DNA from: Podospora anserina
Taxonomy: Eukaryota
Assembly: GCA_017654855.1 (NCBI GenBank)
Contig: CM030337.1
Location: 3,410,001-3,474,000 of the forward strand
Reading direction: 5' to 3'
Length of the DNA: 64,000 bases
Under the pieces are notes generated by a model. That model did not search any database. It saw nothing but the letters and a program-made list of their open reading frames with translations, and was not told the origin of the DNA. Shown here in pieces: positions 38,138 through 49,264 of this stretch. Each line of letters opens with the position of its first letter. The first letter of the stretch is position 1. Made by a program: the position numbers and the translations under genes.

Positions 38138-39061
38138 ATGGCTCACCAACCCAACTCCCACGCCCAAGGGCAATACATGCAGCAGCAATTCACCCACCAG
38201 GCCCAACTCCCCCAGCAGAATCACATGCAACAACAACAACAACACCCTCTCCAACAAGTCCACCAATCCCTTCAACCCCACCCCCAAACCCAACCCCAAC
38301 CCCCGTCTCGAAACCCCCCCCGCCCCAACTTCCAAATGTCCCTCCTCCCACCCCCCCAAGACCGCCTCTACCCCGACTTCACCACCCTCCTCACCGACGT
38401 CAAATCCTTCGCCCGCACCCAAGGCTACGCAGTCGTCATCGGCTCCTCCCTCAACCGCGACTCAGAAGGCAACTACCGCCGCTACAACCTCTCCTGCGCC
38501 AAAGGCGGCAAGTCCTACGCCTCCCACTCCAAAGGCATCCGCAACACCCGCTCCACCAAGACCGGCTGCCCCATGCGCATGAAGGCCGTGCAGGAAAAGG
38601 CCCACCCCTACGACGACAAGTGGCACGTCGTCGTCCAGTGCGCAGAGCACAACCACGAGCCGTTCACCGGCGAACCCGGTGTGAGCGTGCCGGCGCAGTT
38701 CAGAAAGATTGAGCCGGATGGGGCGAGGTGGCTGATGATTATGCACCGGGAGGCGCAGCTGACGCTGAGGCAGCTGACGATTGGGATTAGGATTAGCTTT
38801 GGGGAGAAGTATCAGTATGTCAAGAAGAGTGATGTGAGGAATATGTTGGCGAAAATGAAGAGGGAGGAGGAGAGGAAGGCGGCGCAGCTGGCTGCGCAGC
38901 AGGGGTTGCCTAGTAATGTGCCTTATACTATTATTCCTCAGCAGCATCAGCCGCCGCCGCCGCCGCCGGTGAGTGTGCAGCAGATGCCTGCGTTGCCGGA
39001 GGGGATGCACGTACCGGATCCGGATCTGGAGAGTGATGATGATGAGGTGGAAAATTTGTAG
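38138..39061 (+). CDS. FAR1-like (MULE-derived WRKY/GCM-fold) DNA-binding protein with Q/P-rich flanks
   Basis: FARTQGYAVVIGSS..YNLSCAKGG..STKTGCPMRM..WHVV..EHNH. No DDE transposase domain follows. Confidence 0.8.
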   Translation: MAHQPNSHAQGQYMQQQFTHQAQLPQQNHMQQQQQHPLQQVHQSLQPHPQTQPQPPSRNPPRPNFQMSLLPPPQDRLYPDFTTLLTDVKSFARTQGYAVVIGSSLNRDSEGNYRRYNLSCAKGGKSYASHSKGIRNTRSTKTGCPMRMKAVQEKAHPYDDKWHVVVQCAEHNHEPFTGEPGVSVPAQFRKIEPDGARWLMIMHREAQLTLRQLTIGIRISFGEKYQYVKKSDVRNMLAKMKREEERKAAQLAAQQGLPSNVPYTIIPQQHQPPPPPPVSVQQMPALPEGMHVPDPDLESDDDEVENL

Positions 39062-39462
39062 AACGGGACAAGATTGGAGGTCTGATATAGATTTTGTAAT
39101 TCTGTGTGAGTCCGGCGAGGCCGTCATGAAACGGGGACCCGCTGTCTAGCGAGGTTTATTGTCGGCTATGAGTAATGCCATACACTTTCATCACTTTCAT
39201 CAATGACATAAACCTTGCTCCTCGAAACTTGACGCGCCTGAAAGCATGTTTGTCTTGCAGTCCAATGTCAAGCGAGCAAAGCACCATGTTGCAAAGTAAG
39301 CGAGTCGTCAACAAGAGGTCACGACGAGGTATGTACTTGGTGTTTTTATTTACTCGATATACAAAGAAAAAGATGTCACGTTGGAGACTGTGTCACCACT
39401 CATTCACCTAGCTCACACCAAACCAACCATCCACTCTTATTCCAAAACTATCATCCAACAAA

Positions 39463-42400
39463 TCACCTCCGCCGGCACACCTGCCTAATATTATCAATCT
39501 GCTGCAACCCATTCTTGACAAGAGGCCCCATCTTGTCAATATCCGCCTGCGTCATCTTGCCCCGCATGGCGCCGCCCTGTTTCCATGTAGACTTGAGCGA
39601 CCCAACGCCAGGGACCAAATCCACAAGGAGCATGAAGATGCCCAAAACCAGATTTTCTGGATCGCTGGCAATCTCATACGCACTCATCGCGACACCGCCA
39701 GTGGACGCCGTGATGCTGGCAATACGGCCAATCATGGCAATGCGCGTGAACCCGGCGAGGGCCTGACCTGCTCCAGGCAAAATGAAGAGAATGGCCGACA
39801 GCACCCACATAATGATATCCTTCTGCTTCCTCTTCTTCTCTTCCTCCTCGACATCCTCCCCGATCTCATAAGCCTTCTTCATGGCATCCACCGACTCCTG
39901 CACCATGAAGACGCTGGGCGCCGTGGTGTCGATGACGTCTGCAAGGTCGGTTTCGTAGTGAAGGGCACCCAGCCGATGCAGCTTGACGATGCTGCGGAGA
40001 TGCTTGGGCAGCTTGCGCAAATTCTCTAGCGACTGTCCAACTTCCTTCTTTGGGTTCGGGATCTCAAGGTCCTCACGAAGAAGCCGGACGCCAATCGCTT
40101 CTGTGCCGACAGGGTTGGGCAGCGCACCACAAATGTTGCCATAATTGTTCCCTGGACTCGTGCCGACGCAGCCAGAAGGAATGAGATTCAGATTCACAGT
40201 CCCGGCCATGGTATCGGCGTAATCAATGCTGAATTCCTTCATGAGATGATCGGCGAACGCCTTCTGGTTCTTGACCTCCATCCGGACAGAGGTGGTCTGT
40301 GACGCCTTGGGCGGGCAGCTGACCTTGGTGCTGCCGCCGACCTTGTAACAATTGTACCAGTCGTCGTTGTTGACCTTGCTGTCGTAGTAAAATTCGCGCA
40401 GTTTGGCGGCCCAGCTCTCTTTGACTGCCTTCGCGAAGTACCCAAATTTCTTGTCGTAGTCGGTCTTCATGATGGCGTCGTAGTCGGACACGGCTTTTTC
40501 CAACATGTTGGCCAAAGCCTCGATTATGTAACCCCCTGTGCAGTGGGCGTCCACATCTTTGGCCTTCTCGATTTCCTCGAGGGTCTTGAAATTCCGCTCG
40601 GGACAGTCATTTGGGAAAAGCAGGTCGATGTCTTCGGGCTCGAGACCTTCCAAAGGATCAACCACTCCATACCACTGATCAGTGTCAAACGACTGCAGAT
40701 CAACGGCCCAGTCTGTGCTCCCACGCATGTTCAAGCTCTCGTAATACCTCTCACGCTGGGCTTTGGTCTGCTCCGACATGTAGGCCACCCATTCGTAGTC
40801 GTTGTAGACGAGATAGTCGGTACCATCGTGATGATAGGAGATTGCTGAAGGGTTGGTCTCGATGATTGATTCGATCTCAGCGTTGGAGATGTATCCTCTC
40901 GTCCCAGTGCATTTGCCGGGCGCTGCCTCTGAGTTTTCCCTGTCGCCCGTGAAAGTGCACAGGGGATCGACGCAGTCCTTTTCCGCCATTCGAAACGACC
41001 TCCCGTAGCTGGTTACGCCAACGACGACCTTGTTGGAAGGCATGCCCGCCTTGGTAATCATGCTCAACGCAGCCCTTGTCTCGGTGATGTTGACGTGCGA
41101 TCGCAGGCAGTTGCCAGCCTCGCAGCCGTCAATGGCGTACTTGTTTCCAACGTCCCACTGGCCTGTCATATTGTTAGCGTGGAATGGAAATAAAACAGAG
41201 AGCACATACCATGGAGATCATAGGTCATATACACGACATAATCGATGTAACTGGCCATTGTCGAGATGGGAAAGGCCTTGAGGTACCAGTATGAGGCCGG
41301 GGCGGCAAAAGACACAGTTTTGCTGGATGGAAGGGTGCTGCGAACGCTCTTAAGCCAGGTCGAGTAGTCGAGCCCCTCCACCGGATCACCAGCGGTGGGC
41401 ATGTTGTCTGGAGCTCCAGGATACTCCCAATCCAAATCAACGCCGTCCAAGTTGTACTTGTTGACAAAGTCGACAACATTCTTGCGAAAGACCTCACGGT
41501 TGGCTGGTTTGACAGCGTCGCGCAGGATTCTGTAGGTGCCCTCCTTGACGCTAAAATCCCAGCCGCCGAATGAAATGATTTTTTTGACGTCTGTCATGGT
41601 CATAAACCGGTCCCACTCGTCTTGCACATGAGAAATCACAACCTCGAATGAAGGAGAAACTTCAGCGAAAGCGAAGTGGATGTGGGTATATCTGGAGGTG
41701 TCGATCTGGTTCACGTTCATTCGTAGGCATGGCCGGTTGCCATTCCAGGCTTCAAAGTATGCGATACGCATCTGATCGGCTGGAGGGGAGCTCTTGATGA
41801 TTTCGTTGCCGCAGTTTGAAACGCACGTGGTAGTGCCCGGGTTTCCAGTGACAGATTTGGTGATGCTGCAGAACTCATGGGTCATGCCACACTGTCCCCA
41901 ATGATTGCAACAGACGTTGAGGGGGCACGGGTTGAGGTCCGCGAGGGCACTATTGTTGGCCGGTCGTTTCGTGCCGAGAACTGTCGGGCCACACACAGCG
42001 GTCTCGTCTACAGTCGGCATAGGGGGGGTCCCTTCACTCAGACAGATCTTCAAGTTGACTTGAAGATTGTCACACCCATTCCAGCCATATGTGTTCTTGT
42101 TGAACTTGAAGAGATCAGCCTGGGTGAGCTGGTGACGGATGGCGGTCTTGTTGCAGCTGTCAAGGGGTTGGATGGTGTAGTCGAAGCAACTCCCGTCGGC
42201 ATTCTTCTTGGGGCGCAAATCTGGAAGAGACCCACGACCACAGCAGTACGTCTGCCCTTCAGCGAGGTTCGCACAGAAGCCAGACTGGGGATTGAACTGG
42301 GTGATGTAATCTCCTGCAATACCGCACTTGGTTGCCAGCTTATCACAGCCGTCCCCCTCAGCAACAACGGCGGTCTTGCATGTGCCATCGGCGTTAGGTG

Positions 42401-44094
42401 GCGGCCCTGGGGGAGGAACCCTGCCGTAATTGCAGCAAAAGGGTTCGCCTATCTTCAGACCGTTGTCGTCCTGGCAGTTGAGCTGGGGGTTGTACTCGAC
42501 GAACTTGGCGATGGAAATGGTGCAACGTTTGTCGGCAATTTGGAGACAGGTATTGCCAGCCACCACAGTCTTGGAGTTGGAGCACTCGTTCTCGGGGGGG
42601 ACTCGGCCCGCGTTGCAGCAGAACGTGGTTCCGACTTTGAGGTTGTTGCAGTCGAGGTGAGGGTTGCGAGATTTGAAGGTGGAGAGGGAAACGGTACAGC
42701 GCTTGTCGGCCATGTATTCGCATGTCTGGCCTGCCTGGACAGTTTTCCAGTTGGTACAGTAGGGATCAGGAGCGGGTACGAGGGGAGCGGGAGGTGGCGT
42801 GGCCCCCTCTGTGCAACAAACATTCTGGCCAACCCACAGGTTCTTGCAGTCGATGCCAGGGTTGTAGGAGAGGAATCGATCCAGGGAAATGGTGCAGCGC
42901 TTGTCGGCAATCGTCTCGCAGGTGTTGCCGGCAACCACCTGCTTCACGTTGGAACAGTACTCCTGTCGGCCGGCGAGCCCGCGAAACATGGAGCCACTGT
43001 CACGCGCGCGGTGCATACGGCTCTGGGCGGTGAAGTTCGACGAGGAAGCGGTTGTGTGGTTCGAGGAAGAAGAAGCTACGGAAGGGGTTGATGGGGCAGG
43101 CACGAGCAGTCTGATAGTCTCGCCCACCGCCTGGCTGGATGAACCCGCGGCGAGGCAGGAACCCTCGCTCCATGCGCGGATAGCCTGCTGAACCTTCGAG
43201 GCTGCGTCGTTCCCCGTATGGACAACTACACCGACAACATAGTCGGCACTGTACCCGGACTCGCACACCTCACCAATGAGGTTATCCGAGAACCCCTCCG
43301 TTTCCACCCGAGCAAGCAGGCGGTCAAGGGCATCTCCAGCAAGGCCCTGGCGGTGGGCCTGGGCGCCCACATACAGGCCGACGACGACAGTCCCAGAGTG
43401 GGCGAAGGCGACCTTGTTCTTGCCACACGAGGGCACAATGCTTTCCAGGTGGTTGGAAATTTGCTGCATTGAAGACACAACCCCGGCTGCGGCCTTGTCC
43501 GGCGCCTTTTGCCCGCCCGTCAACGCCAGACGAAGTGACGTTGAAGTCTCAACTTGGAAGACTGGTGCGCATTCACCGTCGTTGTCAAGAGATCTCTTGG
43601 ACCCTCGGCCCGCCCCGGTAAGATCAGCCGTGCTAGAACCAGGGGTCAGTTATATTCTGTCGTCCACAACACAAGGGAGGACGGGAGCTAACTTACCAGA
43701 CACGCAACCCAACTGGTGTCATGTCTGTCTTGATCTCAGAGAACACAGGCATTTCAAACAGCACAGTCTTTTCACACTTGGCCATGCGCGCAACGTGTGG
43801 GTACACGTCCCACTTGAGAGAGTCGCTCCCAGCGCTACTGCATGCCACAGGGCATCGATTGATGAGCTCAGTGGGAATGCGTTGTGCTGCTTCCAACCAC
43901 TGTTGTTCGAGCTTTTCAACTGCCTTGGGGTCAGACAGATCTGGCTGTGGTCGCGCTGCTGCATCGACGATCGGAAAGCTCTCAGAGTCCATGGGGAGCC
44001 CAGAAATCTCAAAGTACTGAGGTATTTCAAATCCTTGGGCGACCACCATCGGCACCTTGACGCCCAAAAGGGCGAGGGCCACAGGTAACAACAT
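39463..44094 (-). CDS. Subgroup C (killer-toxin-like) GH18 chitinase: signal peptide, N-terminal pro-region, 5 LysM, CBM18, GH18, hydrophobic C-terminal domain; 3 exons
   Basis: Catalytic LDGVDLDWEYPG, KKIISFGGW, YMTYDLHGQWD, DWAVDL. CBM18 CPLNVCCNHWGQCG. LysM repeats. Introns ~43632-43696 and ~41163-41210. Confidence 0.93.
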
Positions 44095-45037
44095 GATTGC
44101 TCCCAGCAAATAAAAAAACAAAAGTAAAAGAGTGATAAAATGACTGACAAAAAGAATGACAACAGGTGTCTGGCCCAGTCCTGTTTCAACAAGTACAGAC
44201 AGAGACCTACAATTGGCGAAGCTTCACGACACGGGCACCGCCCAATATATCCATGGTTCTGAACCACCTGTTGAACTTTTGCCATGGCTGGTCTTGATGC
44301 CGCATGTCAAGCTTTGCTCATGGATGCCAAGGCTTAATCACAATGCCAATTTTCCGAATCCACGATTGCTGGATCTGAGAAACCACGATGTAACTATACG
44401 TCAGCCCTAGAAAAGTCTAAGCATTACACTAATCTTTTTTGAAGGATGCCTATTGCCACCTTCTTTGCAGCATTCGATCTACCAGGACCTCTTCGGCCAA
44501 TCGCGTAGTGGGCGCTCCGGGGTCTTGCTTCAGGGGCTCACAGGTCCATAGCAAAACCCCGACGGCATTTACAATCGTCGGAGTTTTGCGTGGTCTGGAA
44601 CTCTTTAATTCCCAAAGACTGACAAAATATCACCCCATCTCGCTCCACATCCAGTGCTTTTGCTGCTGGTTAAATCGCTACCCAGGAGGTCAAATGTCGG
44701 ATGTCTAGATCAAGATGAGGCTGGACTGTTTTGCATCCTCGGCCGAATCAAGATTCCCGGAAGTTAGAACTAGCCGCGGACCAATGCGACACTACGTTGC
44801 CCATCACACTCACCAAATATAGATGCAGTTTTCGAACCGTGATCCACTCTGACGGATGTGCCTGCGAGACACTCTTGAAAGGGCTCTGTCTCGCTCATCC
44901 CTTTCCTTCTTTGTTCCGTTGACACCATCGCCCCTTTGGTGCGGCTGCCTTCATTGTCATTCGTTTTCCAGGTTCTTTGAACCATCGCCACTCACTTCAC
45001 TTTCGTTTTCTTTCCCATCACCTTTGCTACAGCCGCC

Positions 45038-46110
45038 ATGCGGTCCCGCCTATCGTTTCCCCCATGGCTCCTGCTCCTAGCCTTTCTGGTCTGCCAGGCC
45101 ATGGCGGGGCCAGAGTCAAAGTACGCTCACGCTGCTGAGCGTGTCTTTGCCTACATGTTGTACCGTTTAGAAGAACTTTCACGGCCCCCTGGTTTTGATC
45201 CTACCCGGTACAGCATTGCCAAAGATTGTGCAGTAGGAAAGGGCAGGCCTTGCAACTTGGATGAGGTAAGGATATTCCAGTGTCCTGCAGTGTCTTTTAT
45301 TCGCCCTACCTAACTTTGGAACCCTGCCAGTTCATCACTTTCATCTCTGGAGGCAAGAACGATGGCAAACCCGCCCTGTCGAACCATCTTCCCAAAGACC
45401 TTCCAACCAACTGGTACACAGACAAGAGCAAGATAGAAGATGTCATCAAAGCATATGCCCAAGCTCCAGATATGGACGGCACCGTCAACGAACTACTCTC
45501 ATCAGAGAAGATTTTGCAGTATTACGACCGGAAAACCAATCAGATGAAGGGTTCTGGCTACGTCGGCTTGTATCAGATCAATTACGGCAAATTCATCTCG
45601 GAAGTGCAAACGCGGGTCCAGAATATACCGGCTAACCATCCGCAAAAAATAGAGGCAAACCTCATCGGCCCGAATCTCATGCCTCTCATGGAAAACATCA
45701 TCAAGCTGCGCAAGGCATACCAGCTCAGCAAGATGGAGGAAGAGATGAGAAAGTTGTTCCCGAATGATAGGAGCGACATGGTTTACAAGATGGATAGCAA
45801 AGGACAGGCGATCAAGCCCCAGCTGGAACCGATCGAGTGGCATTACCACACCGGCACAAGCTTCGCAGGGAAGACCTTCAAAGCTTTGGACTTTGAGAAA
45901 ACACAGAATGATCCGAACAATAAGACGACTTGGGAGCACTTCCAGACCAAAATTGACCTCCTCATGGAGCGAGTGTACAAGGGCACGGCCGGGGATGATC
46001 GCAATCTCTCCAAAGAGATGAAAGCGCTCAAAACCCACCAGCCTGTTATTGACGCCATGAGCTCCCTTTACACCAAACGCACTGGGAAAGCGCCCACGAA
46101 CCTGTGTTGA
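45038..46110 (+). CDS. Uncharacterised secreted protein (~335 aa), divergent from the chitinase; 2 exons
   Basis: Signal peptide MRSRLSFPPWLLLLAFLVCQAMA. Phase-0 intron 45266-45330 (GTAAGG..CTAAC..CAG) gives C..GRPCNLDEFITFI. C-terminal Cys. Confidence 0.85.
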
Positions 46111-46191
46111 GATTGGATGTGGTGGAAGGCGATGGTGTGATTTGATGGGGTCAATGTTTTTGTCTTTTTGGATAATGGAGAGTTTCTCAGA

Positions 46192-46786
46192 TACCTGGGT
46201 AGTCGGTCTCTAAAACTTTTTGTGTCTCTTCCGAAAACGGTTAGCCCAAAATCAGGCTCACTTCACCTTCGGCTCACCTTTAGCTCACCTCCGCTCACCC
46301 TACGCTCACCCTACGCTCACCCTACGCTCGCCATTCTCCAAAAACGACAACTTTACGCGACGCCCTCATAGTCCAAGTTTGGAGCCTCCCTCTCCTACAG
46401 GGACGAAAATGGGGCCGGATGGGGAGGATCACATTTTGGGACCCCCAAACAACTCCTCCACCAAAACGAGGACTAAGAAATGGGCTCGCTAGCGTATTGC
46501 TCTCCGTTTTAAGGGACTCTGGGTCGTGGTAGCCATTTTGACATAATAAAATCCGTCACTCCCTACCTACCTACTGCACAACTTTTCTTCTTCCAGTTCT
46601 GGCTATATGAAGAGGCCATTCCATCCATCCTACCACCTACCGCACAACTTTTCTTTCCCATCCCCCCGTGTCCTTGCTACCCCGTATATTACTACCGCAA
46701 AACCTTTCTTTACACACGTTATCGTTATCGGCCTTACATTTTCGCCTCTACTGTGCCTTCTACAATGCCGAGAAAGAAGAGCCCTC
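46192..46786 (+). mobile_element. 5' end of putative DNA transposon, copy 2 (less mutated)
   Basis: Direct homolog of 35017-35655. ATG MPRKKS at 46765. Internal 11-bp tandem CGCTCACCCTA x3. Confidence 0.6.
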
Positions 46787-47201
46787 TGTGACGAACCCCT
46801 ATCCAGAACCTCTGAAAGGGATACTGGTTGAAGGCACTTCTGAACAATCCTGGTTCGGTACAGCTAAACAGTGTACAACAAATGGCTTGTCTCAATCACA
46901 ACAGTCTAGATACCAACGATTGTGACTTGTAATTGCATACTGCGGAACTGTCTATCTACACCAGCCAGTTCCTCCGTATATATAGACCTTGTGCCAAGCC
47001 GTGCTCAGTGTCCCAAGCCCTCTGATCACCTCTGCTCAGTCTGCTCAGTGCCCCGAGCATACTGATCACCCTGCTCGGTCTGCTCAGTGCCCTGAGCGCA
47101 CTGATCAATCGTCCTTTACTGTGATTGGCTCTCTTATGCGTTCTCCCGATTGGTCCCTGCTTCCGTAGCCCCACAACCCGTCGTGTACCAGGGTTGTGAC
47201 A
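46787..47201 (-). mobile_element. Solo LTR B
   Basis: TGTGAC...TGTGACA termini and shared TATA core. No perfect TSD (CCCTC/CTTTT). Confidence 0.9.
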
Positions 47202-47388
47202 CTTTTATTTTCTTCATATTTTGTGCCTTGCACGCGTGCAGGCAATTCTGGCCCTCTGATCAGGCCAATCCGGTGCTTATTATGTGGCCTGCGAGCGAGC
47301 CACTGTCACGCAGGTGTGTTCATTCAGAGGCCTACTGAGGGTATATTTGTGGTGTTGTGGTTGTTTTGTGTGTTTTCTCACCATTTCA

Positions 47389-47561
47389 GTGTAAATAAAT
47401 AGTTCCGTAGTATATAATTATAAATTATAATCGTAATATTTTAACTATTATGATTAAGATAAGCTATTATTATACACTGTTTAATTATACCGAACCAGGA
47501 TTATTTAAAAGGACCTTCAACTAGTGTTTCTTTGAGAGGTTCTGGATAGAAGTTCGTCACA
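47389..47561 (+). mobile_element. Heavily RIPped 3' half-LTR C
   Basis: Aligns with the 3' half of LTR A and ends GTTCGTCACA. Extensive C>T and G>A changes. Confidence 0.8.
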
Positions 47562-47677
47562 TATACATAATGACATAGATAATAATATAGATAATGCTAA
47601 GTACTACGATATAGATAATAAGCTCGAAGATAATGTAATGATATTAAAGGATTATTATTTTATCGTCATAAATAAAA

Positions 47678-48470
47678 TGTCACAACCTTAACATCGGGAA
47701 CGGTGGAGCAGTGCAAGGTCACCAGCCAATCAGAATAAGGTCGCGACGGTCTGGGCGATCATGGGCAATAAGACTGGGAAGTGCAGTGATCACGGAAGTA
47801 CAACCAATAAGGAACCAGAGAAAGATCATAGCGATCATTATGATCATTGGGGAAGAGCGGAATGATCACCATGATCGGGGAGAATCAAGGTCTATATATA
47901 CGGAGGAACTGGCTGGTGTGGCTAGACAGTTCCGCAGTATGCAATTTACAATTATATTTACGGTATCTTGTGTTTACATTGAGACATCTTGTTGTGCACT
48001 GTTTAGCTGCACCGAACCAATTGTGTCACAACCCTGGTACAGGACGGTTGTGGGGCCACGGGAATAAGGGGAGCCAATCACAGTGAAGGCAGAGTGATCA
48101 GTGTGATCAGGGCACTGAGCAGACTGAGCAGAGGTGATCAGTGTGATCAGGGCACTGAGCAGACTGAGCCGAGGTAATCAGTGGCCTTGGGAGACTAATC
48201 ACGGCTTGGCACAAGGACTATATATACGGAGGAACTAGCTGGTGTAGATAGACAGTTCCGCAGTATGCAATTTAAGCTTATATTCACGGCATCTTATATT
48301 TACATCGAGACATCTTGTTGTGCACTATTTAGCTGCACCGAACCAATTGTCAAAAGTTACCTTCAACCCGTATCCCTTTCAGAGGTTCTGTACAGGGGTT
48401 CGTCACAAATTGTCAGAAGTTACCTTCAACCCGTATTCCTTTCAAAGGTTCTATACAGGGGTTCGTCACA
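47678..48470 (+). mobile_element. Solo LTR D (host of nested LTR E), TSD TAAAA
   Basis: TAAAA|TGTCACA ... GTCACA|TAAAA. The sequence resumes seamlessly after the nested element. Confidence 0.92.
48024..48407 (+). mobile_element. Solo LTR E nested in LTR D, TSD AATTG
   Basis: AATTG|TGTCACA ... GTCACA|AATTG. Contains a ~39-bp tandem duplication in the 5' half. Confidence 0.93.
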
Positions 48471-48826
48471 TAAAATAAGAGATAAGTTAAAGATATATAA
48501 CCTTATATAATTATCGATAAAGATATAACGTTAGTTAAAAGTATTTAGAAAGTAGGAGATATTTAAATAATAATATATCGAGTAAATAGCAGCATTATTT
48601 TTAACGGAAGTATATAAAAATTAAGGTATTTATTAAATTCTCTTTATATACATTTAAGTAATTCTTAATTGCCGATAAAATAATGATATAGTCGATATAT
48701 AAATAACTTTTTTATATAATAAACGTTAATATATATAATTATAAGGAAGGTATGATATTATATAATAGAAACTTAGTAAAGTGAGGAAGGTTTGCGAGAA
48801 AAAGTTAGGAAAGGAGGATGTAATAA

Positions 48827-49264
48827 TGTGACGAACCCCTGTACAGAACCTCTGAAAGGGATACGGGTTGAAGGTAACTTCTAACAATTGGTTCGGTGCA
48901 GCTAAACAGTGCACAACAAGATGTCTCAACGTAAACACAAGATACCGTGAATACAATTGTGAATTGCATACTGCGGAACTGTCTATCTACACCAGCCAGT
49001 TCCTCCGTATATATAGACTTCTTTTCCTAGCCGTGATTCCTCTGATCAGTGTCCCGAGTATACTGATCACTTACGCTCAGCCTGATCAGTGTCCTGATCA
49101 CACTGATCACCCCGGCCTGGCCTGCTCAGTCTGATCAGTGCTCTGATCGCACTGATCACCGTCCCTCCCTGTGATTGGCTCTCCTGGGTGTTTCCCCGAT
49201 TGGCCCCTGCTCCCGTGGTTCCACAACCAATCGTTATTCTCGTCCATACCCCAGGGTTGTGACA
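48827..49264 (-). mobile_element. Solo LTR G, TSD AATAA
   Basis: AATAA|TGTGAC ... TGTGACA|AATAA. Confidence 0.93.

Noticed and set aside
44678-44686. CTACCCAGG as the inverted terminus of the DNA element
   Set aside because: Only a 9-bp match, as expected by chance.
35688-47201. Inversion by recombination between inverted LTRs A and B
   Set aside because: Swapped-TSD test fails. One pair matches 4/5 but the other does not, and the left flank of B is contiguous with its transposon copy.
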